A DNA stretch of 63,894 nt, counting the filler, from Candidatus Tectimicrobiota bacterium (lineage in GTDB: Bacteria > JACPSX01): the NCBI GenBank assembly GCA_016193065.1. It is 6 parts of 6 records of this genome, joined end to end, with 100 filler letters (N's around TTAATTAATTAA, not from the genome) between each part and the next. Parts side by side here need not be neighbours in the genome. Positions count along the whole stretch, not along the records: positions 14,733 to 28,836 come from JACPSX010000211.1; positions 28,937 to 46,293 come from JACPSX010000235.1; 4 more parts are not named here. One strand, written 5' to 3'. The position numbers were made by a program, and so were the translations under genes. Under the pieces are notes generated by a model. It did not search any database. It had not been told where the DNA came from and saw nothing but the letters and a program-made list of their open reading frames with translations. Shown here in pieces: positions 21,307 through 31,160 of this stretch (positions are counted from its first letter, which is position 1; each line of letters opens with the position of its first letter).

Positions 21307-22702
21307 GAAATTCAAAGATGCCTGCGGAGTCTTCGGCATCTATGGACATCCAGAGGCCGCCAAGATCACGTACCTGGGGCTCCATGCCCTGCAGCACAGG
21401 GGACAGGAAAGTTCCGGAATTGTGACCTCGGATCAAGAGCGTCTTTACGTGGAGATCGGAATGGGTCTGGTTGCCGACGTTTTTTCCGGTGAGGTCCTGC
21501 GGCGGCTCCCTGGTGACATGGCCATCGGCCATAACCGGTATTCCACCACGGGAGCAAGCCATATCAAGAACGCACAGCCCTTTGTCGCGGAATACATGCG
21601 CGGGGGGCTTGCCATCGCCCATAACGGAAACCTGGTCAACGCGACCTCCTTGCGCGCGGAACTGGAGGAAAACGGCTCGATTTTCCGCTCGACGAATGAC
21701 ACGGAGGTGATTGCGCACCTCATCGCGGTGTCCCATCGCAAGCCGTTCCTGGACCGGGTGGTGGAGGCTCTGACCCGGGTCCGGGGAGCCTACTCTCTCC
21801 TGTTGATGACCGAGAAAGAACTCATTGCGGCTCGAGACCCCTATGGATTTCGCCCGCTCTGTTTGGGAGCCCTCGGCGAGGCGCACGTGGTGGCCTCGGA
21901 AACCTGCGCGCTCGACCTTATCGAGGCCAGCCATGTCCGGGACGTGGAGCCCGGAGAAATCCTCATCATCAACGGGGAAGGGGTCACCTCCATGAAACCC
22001 TTCAAGCCCGTGTTTCCCCACCAGTGCATCTTCGAGTTCGTCTACTTTGCCCGCCCCGACAGCACGATTTTCGGAGAAAACGTCTACCTGGTGCGCCAGG
22101 CTCTTGGACGCCAGTTGGCCCGGGAAGCCCCGGTGGATGCGGACATCGTGGTCCCGGTCCCGGATTCTGGGGTCCCGGCCGCCATGGGGTTTTCGAAGCA
22201 GTCCGGGATCCCCTTTGAACTGGGGCTGATTCGGAACCATTATGTAGGCCGCACCTTCATCGAGCCCCAGCAGTCCATACGGCATTTCGGGGTCAAGATC
22301 AAGCTGAACACGGTCCGTCGGCTTGTGGAAGGCAAGCGGGTGATCGTCATCGATGATTCAATCGTGCGGGGGACCACGAGCCGCAAGATCGTCAGCATGA
22401 TCCGTGGGGCCGGGGCGCGGGAAGTGCACATGAGGATCAGCTCCCCGCCGACGACTCACCCCTGCTATTATGGGATCGATACGCCCACCCGTCGCGAGCT
22501 CATTGCCGCCTCCCGCAGTTGCGAAGAAATTCGCCGCTACCTGGAGGTCGACAGCCTGCAATACCTGAGCCTCGACGGCTTGATTTCCGCCGTTGAGGAG
22601 GCCACCCACGGCCGCTATTGCTCCGCCTGCTTCACAGGCCGGTATCCCGTGACCTTCCCCGAAATGGAAGTCCCTCAAGAGCTTGAGTTGCCATTCCGAT
22701 AA
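21299..22702 (+). CDS. purF: Amidophosphoribosyltransferase
   Basis: Propeptide then [29 protein letters not shown], Fe-S Cys residues. Confidence 0.98.
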   Translation: MAEKFKDACGVFGIYGHPEAAKITYLGLHALQHRGQESSGIVTSDQERLYVEIGMGLVADVFSGEVLRRLPGDMAIGHNRYSTTGASHIKNAQPFVAEYMRGGLAIAHNGNLVNATSLRAELEENGSIFRSTNDTEVIAHLIAVSHRKPFLDRVVEALTRVRGAYSLLLMTEKELIAARDPYGFRPLCLGALGEAHVVASETCALDLIEASHVRDVEPGEILIINGEGVTSMKPFKPVFPHQCIFEFVYFARPDSTIFGENVYLVRQALGRQLAREAPVDADIVVPVPDSGVPAAMGFSKQSGIPFELGLIRNHYVGRTFIEPQQSIRHFGVKIKLNTVRRLVEGKRVIVIDDSIVRGTTSRKIVSMIRGAGAREVHMRISSPPTTHPCYYGIDTPTRRELIAASRSCEEIRRYLEVDSLQYLSLDGLISAVEEATHGRYCSACFTGRYPVTFPEMEVPQELELPFR

Positions 22703-22802
22703 GTCCTTTGCAGCGGTTTTTGGTTGACTCCAGGAGCGCAGGACTGTAACCTAGCCGCGATTTGTGCCTAGATCCCAGAACGCGGTAGGCTAGCAAAGGG
22801 GC

Positions 22803-23990
22803 ATGATATTCGAAAGGTTACACGCTGTGGATCAATCTAATCCCCGGAAGACGGACGTCAGGAACGGATCAGCTTTCAGGTGGAGAACTTCCGTTGCCGC
22901 CTTGATCTTCCTGGTGGTTACGCTTCTCGCAACCTTCCCGGCACGTTCCCAAGTCCCCGAAGAATCACAGACAGGAAACCCCAAAGAATCCGACCTGGAT
23001 CTGGTTTCTCCGCCTCCTCCCAGCCCCAGCGCCGATTCCTCTGAATCCACGGACCTTCCGATTGCCCGCAATCGAGAGGTGGAGCGCTTCATCGACCAGT
23101 TTCGCCAGGCCCGCAAGAATTTTTCCAGAGTGCTGGAGCGCAGCGGACGCTACTTTACCGTCATGCGTACCATCCTCGCGGAGCAGAACCTCCCGGAGGA
23201 CCTGGTGTATCTGGCGGTCATTGAAAGCGGGCTGTATTTTGATGCAACTTCTTCCTCCGGAGCCAAAGGGTTCTGGCAATTCCTGGGCGGCACCGCGAAG
23301 CGCTACGGCCTGGTGATCAACCGCTGGGTGGATGATCGCCGCGATCCCATCAAGTCCACCCACGCGGCTGCCCGCTACCTGACGGACCTCTACGACATGT
23401 TCCAATCCTGGCTCCTTGCCCAGGCCGGCTACAACGCCGGCGAAAACGCCATTCAGCGGGCCACGGAGAGAGGTGCGACAAAGGATTTCTGGGAACTTGC
23501 CCGCAAGGGGATGCTGCGCGAGGAAACCCGCAACTTCGTGCCCAAGTTGATGGCGGCCGTGTTGATCGGGAAAAATCCGCAGGAGTACGGCTTCGGCGAG
23601 GTCAAGTACATGGCTCCCATGGAATACGAGGAGATTCCCGTCGAGGGTGAGATCGATCTGCGGGTTCTGGCCAAGCTGGGGCGGGTCTCGTATGACCAAC
23701 TCCGGGATCTAAATCCGAGTCTTCTGGGTCCCTATACACCTCCTTCTTACCCAGGGGGGTACCGTTTGCGAGTCCCTCCCCAGAACGAAGAGAACCTCTT
23801 GCGGGCTCTCAAGCTGCTAATGAAAAAGGGGAAGCCCGCCTCTCGGTTTCACCGTGTGGCAGGGGGAGAAACCCCCGCAACAATCGCGGCGCGCTACGGG
23901 ATTGCGGTTACCTCTCTCCTGAAGGCCAATCGCATTTCCGATCCCCGCCGTGTGAGAGTCGGCACTGCGCTGCAGATTCCGCTGGAATAG
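22803..23990 (+). CDS. Lytic murein transglycosylase (SLT + LysM), MltD-like
   Basis: LAVIESG, GAKGFWQF, AGYNAGE, ETRNFVPK, C-terminal LysM. Confidence 0.92.
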   Translation: MIFERLHAVDQSNPRKTDVRNGSAFRWRTSVAALIFLVVTLLATFPARSQVPEESQTGNPKESDLDLVSPPPPSPSADSSESTDLPIARNREVERFIDQFRQARKNFSRVLERSGRYFTVMRTILAEQNLPEDLVYLAVIESGLYFDATSSSGAKGFWQFLGGTAKRYGLVINRWVDDRRDPIKSTHAAARYLTDLYDMFQSWLLAQAGYNAGENAIQRATERGATKDFWELARKGMLREETRNFVPKLMAAVLIGKNPQEYGFGEVKYMAPMEYEEIPVEGEIDLRVLAKLGRVSYDQLRDLNPSLLGPYTPPSYPGGYRLRVPPQNEENLLRALKLLMKKGKPASRFHRVAGGETPATIAARYGIAVTSLLKANRISDPRRVRVGTALQIPLE

Positions 23991-24112
23991 ACACCGGCCT
24001 CCGGGAGACAGCGCCTAAACTTCGGACGAATTTTTCCCGCATGTAAATTCCGCTTCGTGCCCAGCGAGCGCCATCCGGAGCCTGTTCCCCCAGTTTTTGC
24101 TGCTCCATAGGA

Positions 24113-24546
24113 AAGGGGCCGCTTCCCGTCCTTCGCTCCGGGTACCCGCTTGCGGGTGTTCCGTTGCTCCCGGCAGTTGCGCTCAGGACGGGAAAGTCGG
24201 CCCCCTCGGAGCTCTCCCTCTGAAGGGGGTAGCCCCGCAGGCGACCTTATAGGGTCGCTCGAAGAGACCGGGTGTGCCCCGTAGGGCGCGACGGAGGGCA
24301 CCCACGCAGGGGTGCCTACGAAGTCTTGCAGGCGCCGCACCCCCAGCCATCAAACACCTTGCACATTGGACAGTGGCAAGCTTCCCCATCCTGTCCGAGG
24401 GGTTGCCCCCGTAGGCGATCTAAGCGGTTGCGAGGAAGAGACCTCTCAATCCGGCCGACACAACTGACGTCGCAAGCGCTTCGTGAGCCCAAGGGGGCTG
24501 CCCCGAGGACCGGGAGGGTAGCATTGCTTGGGAGTGGGCAAGGGTT
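24113..24546. repeat. Cluster of long imperfect hairpins and REP-like palindromes between convergent genes
   Basis: GGGGCCGCTTCCCGTCCT...AGGACGGGAAAGTCGGCCCC; GCGACCTTATAGGGTCGC; REP copy 24294-24319; rod-like inverted repeat ~24376-24527. Confidence 0.65.
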
Positions 24547-24557
24547 CCCGGAGGCCG

Positions 24558-26111
24558 CTACGAAGAGAGGAGGGGTTCTCCCGTCATCTCCTGGGGCAGA
24601 GGGAGGCCGGCGAGTTTCAGGATCGTCGGAGCGATATCGGCCAGGATCCCTTCCGGACGAATCGCTTGGTCGCGCAGAGAATCTCGTACGACAATGCAGG
24701 GGACTCGGTAGGCCGTATGGGCCGTATGAGGCCCTCCGGTATCGGGATCGATCATGCACTCGGCGTTGCCGTGATCGGCCGTGATGATGGCGATCCCGCC
24801 GGTCCGGGACACGGCCGCGACGACCCGGCCGATCTGCTCATCCACAGTCTCGCAGGCTCGAATTGCGGCCGGGATCACCCCGGTGTGGCCCACCATATCC
24901 AGGTTCGCATAGTTGAGGATGATCAGTTCGAAGCGGCGGGAGTCAATCTGAGCGAGAACCGCGTCGGTCAAAGGGATCGCGCTCATCTCCGGTTTCCGAT
25001 CGTAGGTCGGCACATCCCTGGGGGAGGGGACCAGGATTCTCTCCTCATTTTCGAAGGGTTCCTCGCGGCCACCGCTGAAAAAATAAGTGACGTGGGCGTA
25101 TTTTTCCGTCTCGGCGATCCGCAGTTGCCGGAAGCCGAGGCGGGAGTAATGCTCGCCCAGGGTCTGCCTGAGGTTTTCAGGAGGAAATCCCACCGGGTAA
25201 GGAAACGTCGCGTCATATTCGGTCATGGTGACAAAGCCGAGCAGGCTAGGGGCCTCTTTCCGATCAAATTCTGAAAAGAGGGGGTCGGCCAGCGCCCGAG
25301 TAAGCTGGCGCGCCCGGTCCGCCCGGAAATTGGCGAAGATAACCGCGTCTCCGTTCCGTATGGAACCCAGGGGTTTTCCGTTCCCGCTCACGATGACTGT
25401 GGGGGTCACAAACTCGTCGGTTTCCCCCAGTTCATAGGCCTTCTCGACCGCCTCCCACGGAGTCGGGGCCGGCCTGCCCTCCCCGCAGACAATGGCGCGA
25501 TATGCTTTCTCCGTTCGCGGCCAGCGCCGATCACGGTCCATGGCGTAGTAGCGTCCGGAAACGGTCGCAATGTCTCCAATTCCTTTTTCTCTCAAAAAAT
25601 CCTCAAGCCCCTTCAGGTATCCCTGTGCGCTCGTGGGCGGGGTATCCCGGCCGTCAAGAAAGGCGTGGCAGTGGACCTGTTTTACACCCGCCTGGGCGGC
25701 CAGCGTCACCAGGGCCATGATGTGCTCCAGGTGACTGTGAACCCCGCCATCGGAGACGAGCCCCAGGATGTGCAGGTCGTCCGCGCCGTTTTTCCGCAAC
25801 TGTTCACAGAGATCCAACAGGACCGGGTTGCGGAAAAAGTCTCCGCGGCGGATGGAGCGGTTAATGCGGGTGAGCTCTTGGTAGACAATGCGGCCGGCTC
25901 CCAGGTTCAGATGTCCCACCTCGGAGTTTCCCATTTGACCATCGGGGAGTCCTACGGATTCCCCGGATGATTGCAGAAGGGTGTGGGGGAAACGGGCAAA
26001 GAGAGCATTCAGGTTTGGCGTCCTGGCCAGAGAAATCGCGTTTCCCCGGCCCGGTGCACCAGCTCCCCAGCCGTCGAGTATGATGAGAACTACGGGTGCC
26101 GCCACGCTCAT
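24558..26111 (-). CDS. gpmI: 2,3-bisphosphoglycerate-independent phosphoglycerate mutase
   Basis: [50 protein letters not shown]. Confidence 0.98.
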   Translation of the reverse strand: MSVAAPVVLIILDGWGAGAPGRGNAISLARTPNLNALFARFPHTLLQSSGESVGLPDGQMGNSEVGHLNLGAGRIVYQELTRINRSIRRGDFFRNPVLLDLCEQLRKNGADDLHILGLVSDGGVHSHLEHIMALVTLAAQAGVKQVHCHAFLDGRDTPPTSAQGYLKGLEDFLREKGIGDIATVSGRYYAMDRDRRWPRTEKAYRAIVCGEGRPAPTPWEAVEKAYELGETDEFVTPTVIVSGNGKPLGSIRNGDAVIFANFRADRARQLTRALADPLFSEFDRKEAPSLLGFVTMTEYDATFPYPVGFPPENLRQTLGEHYSRLGFRQLRIAETEKYAHVTYFFSGGREEPFENEERILVPSPRDVPTYDRKPEMSAIPLTDAVLAQIDSRRFELIILNYANLDMVGHTGVIPAAIRACETVDEQIGRVVAAVSRTGGIAIITADHGNAECMIDPDTGGPHTAHTAYRVPCIVVRDSLRDQAIRPEGILADIAPTILKLAGLPLPQEMTGEPLLSS

Positions 26112-26138
26112 CGTGGTTCCTTGCCGAAAGGGGACTAT

Positions 26139-26534
26139 TTACAGAGTGGCCGGCCGGCGCTGGGGAGCCACCATAAAGGCACCGGCGCGTTCAACCCAGT
26201 GCTGGGCGGCCATGCCCCAGAGCCTCTCCAGATCGTAAAATTTCCGAATTTCGGGTTGGAAGATATGGACGATAAATTCATCGTAGTCGAGCAAGACCCA
26301 ACGCCCTTCGTCGTAGCCTTCGCGTCCCACGGGGTGGACGCCGTTTTGAGAGAGAACTTCATCGATCGCGTCGGCGATGGTCTTTACTTGCCGCTCGGAT
26401 TGGCCGCTGCAAATTAAGAAGAAATCGGTGATCGTGGAAAACTCACGCAAGTCCAGAAGAATGGAGTCTTGGGCCTTCTTTTCTTCTGCCACGCGACCAC
26501 AAATCTTAAGCCTCTCTTCTACGCTTAACGCCAT
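26139..26534 (-). CDS. rsfS: Ribosome silencing factor
   Basis: EKKAQD, WVLLDY, FYDLERLW; follows nadD. Confidence 0.95.
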   Translation of the reverse strand: MALSVEERLKICGRVAEEKKAQDSILLDLREFSTITDFFLICSGQSERQVKTIADAIDEVLSQNGVHPVGREGYDEGRWVLLDYDEFIVHIFQPEIRKFYDLERLWGMAAQHWVERAGAFMVAPQRRPATL

Positions 26535-27214
26535 GAATCCTCCTTCAAGTAGAGTCCGTACTTCACGATGTGTCGCTCAACCGTCTCGGGTACCAGACCT
26601 GTCACGTCTCGCCCCTGGCGCAGACGGCTGCGGATTTCCGACGCCGAAATGTCCAGGGCCAGAATGGAAACCGCATACACACCATAGCGCGAGCCTTCGA
26701 TTCGAATCATGCCGTGGTCCCCGCCGGGCCCGGCACGGTGGAACTCCAGCTCCGGATAGCTCGATCTCACGGTGTCCTGCAGCAGGGAAAAGAGGTCTCC
26801 CGCCTCGTGGCCGGGACGGTTGACCACGGCAAAATGGCAGCTCTTCAGGAGCTTGTCCGTGTCTTTCCAGGATCCCATTTCCGCAAACGCATCGCTGCCC
26901 AGGATAAAGAAGAAGTCGGTGCTGGCTGGGAAAAGCCTGCGCAACGCTTCTACAGTTTCAACCGAGTATGACTTTCCGGGACGTTCCACTTCCAGCGCGG
27001 AGACCGTGAAGGCGGGATGCGAATTGGTGGCCAGGTAGGCCATGGCCAGGCGGTGATAGGGGGCGAGAACCGGGTCTGCCTCCTTATGGGGGGGCTGCCC
27101 CGTTGGGATAAAGATGACCTGATCCAGTGCCAACTTTTCCCGGACTTGAGCCGCGCACAGGAGGTGGCCGCAGTGGATCGGGTTAAATGTCCCTCCTAAG
27201 ATGCCAAGCCGCAT
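26525..27214 (-). CDS. nadD: Nicotinate-nucleotide adenylyltransferase
   Basis: GGTFNPIHCGH, PPHK, ILGSD, ISASEIR. Confidence 0.96.
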   Translation of the reverse strand: MRLGILGGTFNPIHCGHLLCAAQVREKLALDQVIFIPTGQPPHKEADPVLAPYHRLAMAYLATNSHPAFTVSALEVERPGKSYSVETVEALRRLFPASTDFFFILGSDAFAEMGSWKDTDKLLKSCHFAVVNRPGHEAGDLFSLLQDTVRSSYPELEFHRAGPGGDHGMIRIEGSRYGVYAVSILALDISASEIRSRLRQGRDVTGLVPETVERHIVKYGLYLKEDSWR

Positions 27215-27254
27215 CAACCCTCTTTGGAACCGGCGAATCCCCGGCCGAGTCAGG

Positions 27255-28520
27255 CTACTCCCGGATCTGTCCGCTCCCTTGTATAATGTACTTCGTACAG
27301 GTCAGATCTTCAAGGCCCATGGGCCCGCGCACATGGAGCTTCTGCGTGCTGATCCCCATTTCCGCCCCCAAGCCGAACTGGTTGCCGTCTGTGAAACGGG
27401 TGGAGGCATTGACGAATACGGCGGCGGCATCCACCTCATCCAGAAACCGCCGCGAGTTTGCATAATCCGAGGTGATGATGGCCTCTGCGAGGCCCGATCC
27501 ATGCCGCTCAATGTGAGCCAGAGCTTCTTCAATATTATCGACCACCTTCACGGCCAAGATCAAATCCAGGTACTCCTCGTCCCAGTCCTGGTCTTGGGCC
27601 GCCCGAGCTCCGGGGAGAATGGCCTGGGTGCGGGGACAGCCCCGGATCTCGACGCCGGCCGGGCTGAAAATTTCCGATAGTTGCGGCAGAAAATAAGAGG
27701 CGACGGATTGGTGAACCAGCAGTGTCTCCATAGCGTTGCAAACACCGGGACGCTGGATCTTGGCATTCGTGCAGACCCGCAAGGCCATCTCCAGATCCGC
27801 GTGGGCGTCCACATAGGTATGGCACAGGCCCTTGTCGTGTTTGATGATCGGTACCCGGGAGTGTTCGGTCACCAAGGAGATCAGATCGGGGCCTCCCCGG
27901 GGAATGATCACGTCCAGGTGGCGGTCCATTTGCAGAAGTTCATGGACGGCGTCCCGGTCCGTGGTCTCAACGAGCTGCAAAGCCCCCGCGGGGATCCCCT
28001 GGCCGCTGGCGGCATCCGAGAGGATACGGGTAATCGCTCGATTCGAATGGAACGCCTCGGATCCCCCTCTCAAAATGACGGCATTCCCCGATTTAAGACA
28101 GAGGGCTGCGGTATCCGCGGTCACATTGGGTCGAGATTCGTAGATCACCCCGATGACTCCCAGCGGGACCCTGACCTTTCCGATCAGGAGACCGTTGGGC
28201 CGACGCCACATTTTCGGCACTTCCCCGACCGGATCGTGGAGAGTGGCGATCTCCAGGATCCCATCGGCCATGGCTTTCAGCCGCTGCTGGTTCAGGGTGA
28301 GGCGATCCACCATGGCGGCGCTGAGCCCTTTCTCCCGTGCGGCTGCACAATCCCGCCGGTTCGCTTCCAGAATGTCCTCCGCGTGCTCCAGTAGGCCGGC
28401 AGCCATGGCTCGCAAAGCCTCGTTCTTGACTGTGGTCGACACTTTGGCCAGAGAGCGGGAAGCGGCCCGGGCTTTCTGCCCCATGGCGAGGACCATTTGT
28501 TTCAAGACTTCCGTTGCCAC
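27255..28520 (-). CDS. proA: Glutamate-5-semialdehyde dehydrogenase
   Basis: IYESRPNVT, CNAMET, VNASTRFTDG, ISTQKLHVRGPMGL. Confidence 0.98.
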   Translation of the reverse strand: MATEVLKQMVLAMGQKARAASRSLAKVSTTVKNEALRAMAAGLLEHAEDILEANRRDCAAAREKGLSAAMVDRLTLNQQRLKAMADGILEIATLHDPVGEVPKMWRRPNGLLIGKVRVPLGVIGVIYESRPNVTADTAALCLKSGNAVILRGGSEAFHSNRAITRILSDAASGQGIPAGALQLVETTDRDAVHELLQMDRHLDVIIPRGGPDLISLVTEHSRVPIIKHDKGLCHTYVDAHADLEMALRVCTNAKIQRPGVCNAMETLLVHQSVASYFLPQLSEIFSPAGVEIRGCPRTQAILPGARAAQDQDWDEEYLDLILAVKVVDNIEEALAHIERHGSGLAEAIITSDYANSRRFLDEVDAAAVFVNASTRFTDGNQFGLGAEMGISTQKLHVRGPMGLEDLTCTKYIIQGSGQIRE

Positions 28521-28523
28521 CTC

Positions 28524-28836
28524 TTACACCTCCAGAAGAACCAGATCGTCCCGGTGGATCACCTCGTCGTAGTCCTTGCGCCCCAGGATGGACTCGATGG
28601 AGTCCGTATGAGCCCCTTTGATTTTCGCCAGATCCCGGGCGCTGTAGTTGACCAGGCCTCGGGCGAATTCCCGCAGGTCCTGTCCGAGGCAGCTGACGGC
28701 ATCTCCGAAGGTAAAGCTTCCCCGCACATCGACAACTCCGGAAGGGAGCAAGCTCTTGCCGTGCCGCACCAGAGCCTCCTTGGCCCCGTCGTCGACCGTG
28801 ATTTCCCCCCGCGGCCGCAGGGTATGGAGGATCCAG
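28524..28836 (-). CDS. proB: Glutamate 5-kinase C-terminal PUA domain, partial
   Basis: GKSLLPSGV, ARGLVNYS, EVIHRDDLV; upstream of proA. Confidence 0.93.
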
Positions 28837-28936
28837 NNNNNNNNNNNNNNNNNNNNNNNNNNNNNNNNNNNNNNNNNNNNTTAATTAATTAANNNNNNNN
28901 NNNNNNNNNNNNNNNNNNNNNNNNNNNNNNNNNNNN
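28837..28936. other. Contig linker
   Basis: N-TTAATTAATTAA-N. Confidence 0.99.
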
Positions 28937-29040
28937 GCCGAGTTGGCCATCGCTAAACCACTCATATTCAGAGGGAAAGTCCAGACACTCGGCATAGCCC
29001 GGGACTCGGCATAGTGGCGCTTATGCCGAGCTCGGCATAA
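28937..29040. mobile_element. End of RIT-type element 1 (rest beyond contig edge), inserted in intI
   Basis: Boxes CTCGGCATAG (28988, 29005) 7 bp apart, then TGGCGC and the palindrome TTATGCCGAG/CTCGGCATAA abutting the intI Arg codon. Confidence 0.7.
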
Positions 29041-29041
29041 T

Positions 29042-30051
29042 CGCCACTCCTTTGCGACCCAGCTACTACAGGACGGCTATGATATTCGGACAGTCCAGGA
29101 ACTGCTCGTGCACCAGGATGTCAGTACGACCATGATTTATTATGCGCAGACAGTCGTTATGCGCAGTGAGGTGCCCTAACCCTTTGATTGCAAGGCCATG
29201 TGGTTGGCGGGACTGCACATAACAACCTAGGGTCTTCGCTTTGGTCGAATTCAGAAAATCCAAAAAGATCGTGAGTTCTCTGGTGCGCCATTGAAGGGTC
29301 GCCGGCCGAAGCTGAAGTCGATCCTTACAGTACTGTTCGTAGTCACGAAGTGCGTTCTTCATGGCTGGAAGAAGATGGATCTTTTCCATGTCGGTGAAGG
29401 CACGTTCGATGCAGCCGTGTTGAGCAAAGTCCGCAAGCGCCTTTACACCAAACACGATATGCCGTCGCCATCCCTCGCCCGGCTTATCCACCTCCTCATC
29501 CCCCACGCGATACTCCTGCACAAAGCGCGCTGCCAGATCCCCGGAAAACTCATCTCCCAGTTTGTTCTGGCGGGAAAACTCGATGAGGTGTCTCCAGATT
29601 GCTCGATACCGACCCAGTGATCTCCTGCTGTAGCCTAACTGCTCGATCTCGCCCAGGGCATTCCCAACAAGTCGGCCCAGTGGCAAGTTCCCTGAAACTA
29701 AACGATTGGATTGATCCATGATCGACCTCCTCTGAAAAGCGGCGACCCCCATGGCCGCCGAGAAGACCCATCATGAAATCTTATGTGCTGCATTCCAAGA
29801 GAAATGACCTGACCGGCAAGCACTTACCGAAGCGACTCTACATAACCCTCCGCTGCGCATAATAAATCTTATGTGCAGCTGCACATAAGATTTACACCCA
29901 TGTCTTGAATCGGGGCGGGCGTGGGGTCTACAGCCCTGCGGATCGGCTCGGATTGGAGAGGCTTTCGCACGGCTCGCCCGGAAATAGGCTGCGGGCCGAT
30001 AGCGGGATAGGCTGCCAGACTGGCCGTATTTTTCGGACGAAAAATGGTTGA
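29042..30051 (+). pseudogene. intI: Integron integrase, C-terminal part, split by RIT-type insertions
   Basis: 29042-29139 [33 protein letters not shown]; resumes at 29890 IYTHVLNRGGRGVYSPADRL; GATTTA duplicated at both junctions; attC downstream. Confidence 0.9.
29140..29888 (-). mobile_element. Internally deleted RIT-type element 2 carrying only the 5' part of a RitA-like tyrosine recombinase (29719 to ~29225)
   Basis: Symmetric ends of TTATGxGCAG boxes (29140, 29157, 29213 / 29781, 29836, 29853); ORF MDQSNRLVSGNLPL...GYSRRSLGRY resembles an integrase N-terminal domain with no catalytic domain. Confidence 0.75.
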
Positions 30052-30134
30052 AACGGTTTTCGTAATTGACGGATACTAAACGCGCTTTCTGTTTTAAACG
30101 GATCGGGGATCTGTCGGGGATAGGCCGCCAGCAA

Positions 30135-30169
30135 TGACACCGTCTAAGCGGCTCACTTAATAGTTAGAC
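30135..30169 (+). other. Putative attI site (core GTTAGAC)
   Basis: GTTAGAC at 30163-30169 is the exact complement of the GTCTAAC closing cassette 1. Confidence 0.65.
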
Positions 30170-30254
30170 GGCACGTGATGTTCTGGTTCACGTCGTGGAG
30201 CGGTAGCGGAGCCGCCGACCCGATTCCTAAGCAGAGTATTCCATCGAGGTATCC

Positions 30255-31046
30255 ATGAACCCCTATTTCGAACTTGCAGAGCCACAGGTTATTGCGGACG
30301 TCGAGAGGCTGCTGTCTCTGAATGTGGAAAAGACGTACTACCGCCCTGGTGACGAGGCTCAAGTCACCGACATCCTGAGTACCCATTCGTCGCCACACTC
30401 GACTCCCGGGATCTTTCGGGGCCAGCTACGTGACTGGCCACTGATACCAAAGAGTTTTCGCGGGATCAATGATCAGGAAGCGGAAGTCACAGGGGTGATA
30501 CGTACGTATCGATGGATGCGGGCGACAAGCAAGTTCAGGAGTTTCTGCGAGCGCGCCGAGGTTCAGAATCCAGCGTTTCCATCGGGTGTCTCCGATCGAA
30601 TGTCAATCGCGCAGCACTTCGGCGTACCCACGCCTCTTCTAGACTGGTCCCAGAACATCCTTGCGGCGGTGTTCTTCGCAATACGGGATGTCTTCGCGGA
30701 CTCAGAGTTCGAGAAGTCGCTGAGGGTGTTCGTGTACCACATCATTGATGAGCGACTTCTTCACGATGGGATTCCTGAGGATTTGAAACTCGCCGATTTC
30801 GGCCGTTCGGCGTTCATCAGGCCGTATCCCATAGACCGTAGAATCGAGCGCCAGCGCGGTGTTTTCACTTACCATCCCCACCCGACCCATCGGCCGCCCA
30901 AGGTTTCGGCGAAGACGTACGTCTTGGAGTGGCCCGTGATCCACAAGCTGATCGCTCTGATGAAAGGATTCGGGTTTACGGAGGACTACTTCTTCCCTGA
31001 CTACGCTGGCATTGCCCATGCCGTTATGTCGGATACGAGTCTCTAG
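30255..31046 (+). CDS. FRG-domain protein (integron cassette 1)
   Basis: IFRGQ, AQHFGVPTPLLDWSQN..AAVFFA, RIERQRGVF, FPD. Confidence 0.9.
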   Translation: MNPYFELAEPQVIADVERLLSLNVEKTYYRPGDEAQVTDILSTHSSPHSTPGIFRGQLRDWPLIPKSFRGINDQEAEVTGVIRTYRWMRATSKFRSFCERAEVQNPAFPSGVSDRMSIAQHFGVPTPLLDWSQNILAAVFFAIRDVFADSEFEKSLRVFVYHIIDERLLHDGIPEDLKLADFGRSAFIRPYPIDRRIERQRGVFTYHPHPTHRPPKVSAKTYVLEWPVIHKLIALMKGFGFTEDYFFPDYAGIAHAVMSDTSL

Positions 31047-31075
31047 GGCACCAAGCTCGATGTCGCCGGTGTGCC

Positions 31076-31153
31076 GTCTAACAGGCCATTCGAGACGGAC
31101 CTTCGCAAGTGGGCTTCGCCCGCTCGCTCGGCCGCTCAATGGCGACGTTAGGA
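31076..31153 (+). other. Integron attC site
   Basis: GTCTAAC (RYYYAAC)...CCATTCGAG / CTCAATGG L boxes with extra-helical base...GTTAGGA; imperfect palindrome. Confidence 0.9.
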
Positions 31154-31160
31154 GGTTCTC

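Noticed and set aside
24113-24546. tRNA, SRP, RNase P or tmRNA
   Set aside because: No cloverleaf or diagnostic motifs; kept only as an unassigned structure.
29066-29752. 228-aa ORF as a complete gene
   Set aside because: Its last ~50 codons read through the element end and antisense intI.
28988-29894. CRISPR array from the short repeated boxes
   Set aside because: 10-bp boxes in both orientations, no regular spacers, no cas genes.
29042-29950. XerC/XerD instead of IntI
   Set aside because: [30 protein letters not shown] and the neighbouring attC point to IntI, although the IntI-specific insertion lies off-contig.
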